Shown here: positions 57,330-64,000 of the stretch, piece after piece
Numbering within the stretch: position 1 is the stretch's first letter
How the letters are laid out: each line of letters opens with the position of its first letter
Assembly (NCBI GenBank): GCA_951406725.2
Contig: OX597818.1
Location: 75,330,001-75,394,000 of the forward strand
Direction: 5' to 3'
Source of the DNA: Octopus vulgaris
Taxonomy: Eukaryota
Length of the DNA: 64,000 nt
Notes under the pieces: generated by a model
What the model was told of the DNA's origin: nothing
The model's database searches: none
What the model saw: only the letters and a program-made list of their open reading frames with translations
Made by a program: the position numbers and the translations under genes

Positions 57330-58537
57330 GGCGGACCCTCTTTGTGGGCTTCCGTGACCTAACATCCTTATAGTTTAAAGGACTAGTCACAACTATTACT
57401 ATTGTGATTACTACCACGACTATAATAATGTAATCGAATGGTTAGATGCGAGACAAACCTGAAACGAATTGAACAATAGACTAAATCAATCAGAGACTAT
57501 GTATTTACGGTGGAACATGACAAAAACTGATTTATTGATTATTGAACTGTTCCAACTCTACTAAATTATTTTATGGTGTCAAGAAATCTGACTGAAGGTA
57601 CCTATTTTGGTATTTATACACAATAGGAATTACAATTCCCTGACTTCAAATACGGGATGTCAAAAATATGTTTCCTTTCGTTTCCTTATTATTAGAGACT
57701 CTGATATAAATACGGAAGAATCAGAAAGGAAAAAAAAATGATCGAGGATGTAAAAATATAATGGTACCACACAATGAGGCCGGTATTATATTTGCACAAC
57801 TATCGTCTTCTTTCATTCAGTCTAATGTGAAAATAATACAGTAAAATACGACATTTGAAACCACTAATCCAAATGAAGTGTTTACAGACTTTACGAGGTA
57901 TTGAAATGGTACTTCGTAGAAGCAAAACAATTTAATCACAGTCTTTAAACAGTGTATTATTGATTGGTTATCGAGTATCGATGTCATTAAAGTGGACGCT
58001 TCGTGACTTGCTTCAAGCTAGAAGATCGTTATACAGCAGTAACTTTTAGTTTCCTTCACATCATATCTGATTCCAACGATCAACAATTGGCAAATATCAC
58101 ATCTACTTCAACATTAAGACAATTCTGTTCTATGCTATGTATAACTGGTAATCTTTCTGGGGTGCACAGATGCACAGAGTTCTATATGTACTGTTAATTT
58201 AACATACTGATGCATAAACAAATGCATGTGCACACACACACACACACACATACACACACATATACTCACACGCACACATGCATATATGTACACATGCATG
58301 AACGTATGTGTATACGTATGTATATATAAGTATATATGCATGTATACATGCATGCATGTACATATGTAAGTATGTAAGTATATATGTATATATGCATGAA
58401 TATATGCATGAATATATTTATGTATATATGTAAGTAATGTATGCAACCATGTATATAAATGAACGTTTATGTTTGTATGTAAATCATATGTCTGTATGTA
58501 TGTATGCATGCGTGTGTGTATGTGTGTGTGCATGGTT

Positions 58538-59752
58538 GTCATTGTTCAGTTTATTTCAAGATTTCTTGCCAATAGAGAAAGAACCGGTTTCTAACCTAGA
58601 TCCAACGCTCTTTCAATGGAATTTCAACATCAACAGAGTATTTTTGTATATATGAATGTATTATGTGTGTATGTATGTATATATCTATGTATGTATGTGC
58701 AGATTTGTATGTTTTATGTATGTATTCTCATGCATATAGTTGCATATCTAGACATGCTCATATAGATTTAAATGATAAACCTCTGGAAAGTTTTACAGAC
58801 TTTTACAGTTCCAGTGACGGATTGGATCCGTAGTCTTCGAATTAGCTTTCTCCTTTCTGATTTTGAGAAGCCTAATTTCTCAAGATTGGTATTTAGGCAG
58901 TGTGTTACATATCCCAGGGCCCCAATAATAACAGGTATAAACCTGAAATTATAATCTCGATTGAGTAACTCCAGATTTCTCAATAGGTGTTATCTTTTTC
59001 ACTGATCGTTAGTTTTATGTTAACATCCACTGGGCAGCTAATTTCCACAACTGTGCACAGTTTCTCTTCGCTATCTCAAATCGTTATATTAGGTTTGTTT
59101 TGCTTACATTTTATTGAGGTCTTCACTGGTACGTTCCACCAGTATTCCTTCCTATTATGAGTGGCTATGGCTTCTACCATATTGTGGTTTCTTATTTCTT
59201 TGTCCTCAGGATTATTCTTCTCACGGATTTCATTATAGAATGTCCTAGCTACATCATGCCTCATCGGTACCGTAATGACAAATTCGGACAACTGCTTATG
59301 ATGAGGGTGATATCTGCATCGGTTATCACATTTTACTACTTTCCCTGCATCTCTATCCCTTTTGTGCATCAGGTACTTGGTTGATATTTCCTGTTCCTGG
59401 ATAGAAAACACACCCTTCAAAGTGGGAGGTAGTAATCCGGCTATTGGTCCATGATAAACTGCTTTGATGATCGATGTTACTATCATCACGGAGGTTTCTA
59501 CTAACATTTCCATACATAGTCTTCTATTCATATAGACTCATCCTTTCATCTGATGATACGTTGCGGTAGAGTCTTGTGACTTCTTTGGGCATGTATTCTA
59601 GGTTATGAGACAAAGAGTGTTGCTCAAGGAGCTGCCTTCCAAGTCTTATGACGTTATCAGCCATATGTATGCAAACTCGGTCAAGGGATGCACTTCGACA
59701 CTTGGTGGTTAAAAGATGTTGCCGAAGGGATATGATGCGACATTCAAAGGCA
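58538..59752 (-). mobile_element. R4-like RLE non-LTR retrotransposon, 5'-truncated, flanked by TACA-type repeats
   Basis: QEQEISTKY, CDNRCR, RHD, WWNVPVKT, NKPNITI and IPVIIGALG motifs; the 3' UTR contains TACA-like repeats and AATAAA. Confidence 0.8.
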
Positions 59753-59772
59753 TATGTATGTATGTATTTTTG

Positions 59773-59806
<34 letters not shown>

Positions 59807-60203
59807 TGTATGTATGTATGTATGTGTGTGTGTGTATGTGTGTGTGTACATATGAATATGTTTATATTTGTGTGTATGTATGTATGTATGTATGTATGTA
59901 TGTATGTATGTATGTATGTATGTATGTACGTATGTATGTATGTATGTTCAACAACTTTCTGTTGGATCTGATCTATAAAAACTACGACTATGCTCCAATA
60001 GAATCTTTTCAGAGGATGTTTTTTTATGCGTATCAAACCGTTGTAATATTGGATGAAAAATAACGTTTCCAAATTCATTTTTTTCAGCTCTTCCAGGTAA
60101 TCTCAGCCTCATCGTCAGGATATGAAGTAGTGCTGACTTCTGTGGTGTTCTCTTTTATTGTGGTTGGCTTTTGCTTATGCCGATTTAACATATATAAGCT
60201 GAC

Positions 60204-60291
<88 letters not shown>

Positions 60292-60298
60292 ATAGATA

Positions 60299-63200
60299 AC
60301 TTTTTATCGTAGCAACACAGGGCTAAACACAATAAAAATGGACGAAATACAATGTAGAATTTTGGGTGGGGCACAAAAAAAAGCAAAAAAACGTTTGATC
60401 AATAGGGATCTGTGGGTTGTGTGGTGTATAAAAAAAGCAATATATATATATATAAAGTTCACAGTTTAGGTGTAGCCCTGGAAAGAAAAACCTACAAAAA
60501 AGACCAAGGTAACCTCAGACAGTTCGAAAATGAACACATGAGTAAGTCGCCTTACTTCTCGTTGTCTCTTTTGGTTACAGATTTATGCTTAAAATAGTGT
60601 CGTCTTTCATACTGACCATTTTTGCCACTTTAACCCACTTTTTATTAAAACATTCGTTCGACAAAGCCTTCCTCTCTATTCTCATCCTCCTTTTCAAGTG
60701 GTACTTGAAAAAAGTTGACGAGAGACTGACCAGAGAGGAAGGTGTTTGTTTGCAGTCCTTTCAAACGCGTCCACCACACACATTCTTTCGCCATAGCCAT
60801 CAGCGTAACGAAAACCGTTTTCCCTTCCCGTTTAAATGAAGGTGGTGGAACAATAATCACGATAGACTCGGCCAATAGGCGGGCCCGACCTACACGTGAC
60901 AACAGCTGTTCGACGAAGGTCCACAGCTCTGAAATATCTGGACACTACACGAGTGCGTGCAGAACGGTTTCGTCGCTCTGACCGCATCTCGGTGATGGTT
61001 TTCGAACCGTGCCTGTAGCTCTTCTCTCGAACAGGTAGTGCGTCTCGATAGCATTGCCAAGCCAGGGATTTCTGGAAGTTATCCATAGGCCCCGGCCCGA
61101 ACGTCGTCCTGAACAGGCGGGTTAGGAATTTCTCGTCGACGCCCAGGTTTGCCCCGAGTGTGTCGTCGGACCTCCCCTCAACTAGTCCTCTATAGAACGC
61201 TTTAGTCGTTTATAAGCTGCACAAGTTTGACCCCGGTCGGCAGAGCTGCTGTAGAGCTTGGCGACACTCTCGGTGCCAATCGCCCAGTTTCGGTCTCTTC
61301 CCGATCCACGTTTGCAGTTCGGTCAGTGAGACGAGCCGCGGGAAGGCACGCCTCACAAACGGCGCCCACACCTGTTCACCGTCATCGATGAAGTTCCGGA
61401 GATGTCGCAGTCTCAGCGCATGCCTGCGCATCATCAACCACGGCATGCCCAGTCCTCCATTCAACGGATGTTGACAGCAAATGGACCTCCTCACCATTGG
61501 AACGCCACCCTTCCACAGGAAGCGGAAGAGTATGCGTTCCAGTCTGATGATGGTGGCGTCGGGACAAGGCACGACGGTCAGGCGGTAATCGATGACGGAT
61601 GCGATGTACGCGTTCGCCACCTCCGCCCGACCTTTTAGAGACAGCTTTCTCTCGGCCCATGTTTGGCTGAGAGCGACCACTCTACACGTGATCTCGTCCC
61701 AGTTCTTATCCATTTGGAGGTCCGGACTGAACCAGACCCCGAGCAATTTAACCGGTCCGTCCGTCCAGCGTCCCACTACTGAGCCGCAGTCGGACGGCAT
61801 GGACTTGCTTCTCCAGGTGCCGAGTAGCAAATCCACTGACTTTTCCGGGTTAATCTTCGCTCCCGTCACCGTTTCGTATTTTCTTAGTGTCTCGCCTATC
61901 ATCTGGATGTGTTTTTCGCTTGACACTATGACGGTGACATCGTCCGCATATGCCGACACGCTCGTCCCGCAACACAGTTCCCGTGGGATGCCCCTCAGTG
62001 TCGCCAGCTTCCGCAGTAGCGGCTCGAGAGTCAATACATACAGAAGCGCCGACAGGGGACACCCCTGACGGACCGAACGCGTGATGTCAAACGGTTTCGA
62101 CAGGTGGCCGTTCACCCGAATCACCGATCGGATGCCGCTATACAAGGCAGCGATCCAACCGTGGAAGACGGAACCGAAGCCAGCCGCCCTGAGGACGGCC
62201 GCCAAGTACCGATGGTCGACCCTATCGAAGGCTTTAGACTGATCCAAATTGATCAGCGCCCCACCCATGCCAGGATCCTTAACTACCCTGTCCACAATGT
62301 AGCGCATCAGATGGAGGTTGTCATGTATGGTTCTGCCCGGCACGGCGCATGTTTGCGCCCTGTCGACCAGTTTACCAATGACAAGCGCCAACCTCTCGGC
62401 TATCACTTTGGCCAAAATTTTCAAATCTGCGTTAAGCAGAGTGATGGACCTGAAATTATCTATAAAATTCTCCTTGTTTGGGTCTTTCTTCAGCAACGTC
62501 ACTGCACCTCGGCTCACGAAACCGGGAATTCTCCCGTTTTGTTGCCAGTTGCAGTAGACTGATGCCAAGAGGTCGCCAAACAAGTCTGGCATTTGACGAT
62601 ACAGCTCGTAGGGTATACCATCCAATCCAGGCGACTTATCCCTCGCGCAGCCCGCCATCGCATCCCAGACGTCAGCGGCCGTGATGGGACTTTCACAACA
62701 CGCCGCTTCTCTTGCCGAGAGCCGTGGTAGGTCGGTCAGGTAGACACTGAAATCCATCCCGCGTTCCGACCCACCACTCGCACCAAACAGTCGAGCAAAG
62801 TGTAGTTAAAAGGCCTCACACATACTTTCGGGTTCGAGTAAACTGCATCCCTGTTAATCTATTAGAGACCGAATGGTGGCTCTGTTGCCACGCTGCGCCT
62901 CCGCTACCCGGGCCTCTCGCGCAGCTTCAATCCCTTCGTTCCTTAAGGCACGCATTTTAGCTCTGACGACGCAACCCTCGTGCTTGGCGTTGAGGTGTTG
63001 GTCGAGGGCCATCCTCGCAGCCAGCACGCTGGTTGCGCAGCCAGTGGTAAGTACCTCTTCAAGTTTCTTAACCAGGTCTCCCTCTACTCTATTTCGATTT
63101 ATCGCTAATTCCTTGCTAAACCTAACTGATTCCGATTTTATTGCCATTTTCAGGGCGAACCACCAGCGGTTGTTAACGACGACAGCCGTCAGCGCCCTCT

Positions 63201-64000
63201 TAATTAACTCGCTAATCCGGTTCCTGTAAACCTGTCGCGCTAAGAGCGACGTGTTCAGTTTCCAGTAACGGAGACCCTGTCTATGTGTCTTATCTAAGTC
63301 GAGCGTACACGTAACAAATTTGTGATCTGTGTAGCTGACTATTTTAAATTGTGGACATCCTACACTATCCCTATCCGCTGTCCTGCATAGAATTCTCTCT
63401 AGATAAGATCTCGACGATCCGGCGCGGTTTGTCCAAGTCCACGTTGGCACGTTCGGATGGTCGAGTCGGAACCTGTCAGACAAATGGAAACGTCTGAGTA
63501 GGTCTTTGATGCACTTACACCCCCTTCTATTCCTATCCATTCCCACATAATCTAGATGCGTGTCCAAGGTAGCGTTCCAATCCCCTACTAGCAGTAAATG
63601 TCTAGACGTACCCAGAAAAAACTCTAGACGTCTGAAGAAATCCGCCCGACCCGTTAAATACGGTGCATAAACTGCCATCAGTCGGAATGCACACCCATTT
63701 CTGCCATCCACGTCCAAGACAACCAGCCTACCCTCCGGGTCTAGGAATATTGTTCTTACTTTTACATTTAGACTCTTTCGAAAAAGTACCGCGGTACCTC
63801 CACCACCCATGTTCGGCAGACAGGGAGAAAAATAAATGTCGAATTTATCGCCAAACATGGACGCGAGGGCCCGCGGCTTGCTGAGTCTGGTTTCACTGAT
63901 AGCTACTATATCCACGTTCAGTGACTTGATGTCGTTTAGAAGGTAACCTTGTTTCCAAGCCGACGCCAAGCCACGCGCATTCACACAACCTAATTTAAGC
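60299..64000 (-). mobile_element. Tx1/L1-clade LINE ORF2 (APE endonuclease and RT), running off the window end
   Basis: NARGL..SETRL..VYAP..GDWN..TDHK (APE, 62854-63984); KSPGLDG, QGCPLS, YADD (61210-62757); C-terminus homologous to 36676-37770; the 3' end abuts (TATC)n. Several stops and frameshifts. Confidence 0.95.

Overview
Eukaryotic (animal) DNA, AT-rich and saturated with microsatellites ((TA)n, (CA)n, (TACA)n, (GATA)n, (TAA)n, (AAG)n). The SINE families and repeat landscape suggest a coleoid cephalopod, probably Octopus (inference). No intact host gene can be supported; almost all recognisable coding sequence is transposon-derived. Contents: a near-complete 6.1 kb Helitron (17116-23259, minus) with both termini and a RepHel frame broken by two frameshifts; two Tx1/L1-type LINEs ending in (TATC)n; two CR1-group LINEs, the second flanked by a ~210 bp direct duplication; restriction-like-endonuclease (R4/Dong-like) LINE fragments in (TAA)n and (TACA)n; an old RTE LINE; at least five Penelope-like element (PLE) remnants; mariner and DD37D/maT relics; several MITEs and tRNA-derived SINEs. 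The most notable unannotated signals are several type-I hammerhead ribozyme motifs (one directly downstream of a tRNA-like Pol III head inside a PLE), a ~735 bp near-perfect inverted repeat carrying hammerheads, and an apparent partitioning of microsatellite types among retroelement clades. All alignments and translations outside the ORF track were done by eye, so boundaries are approximate.
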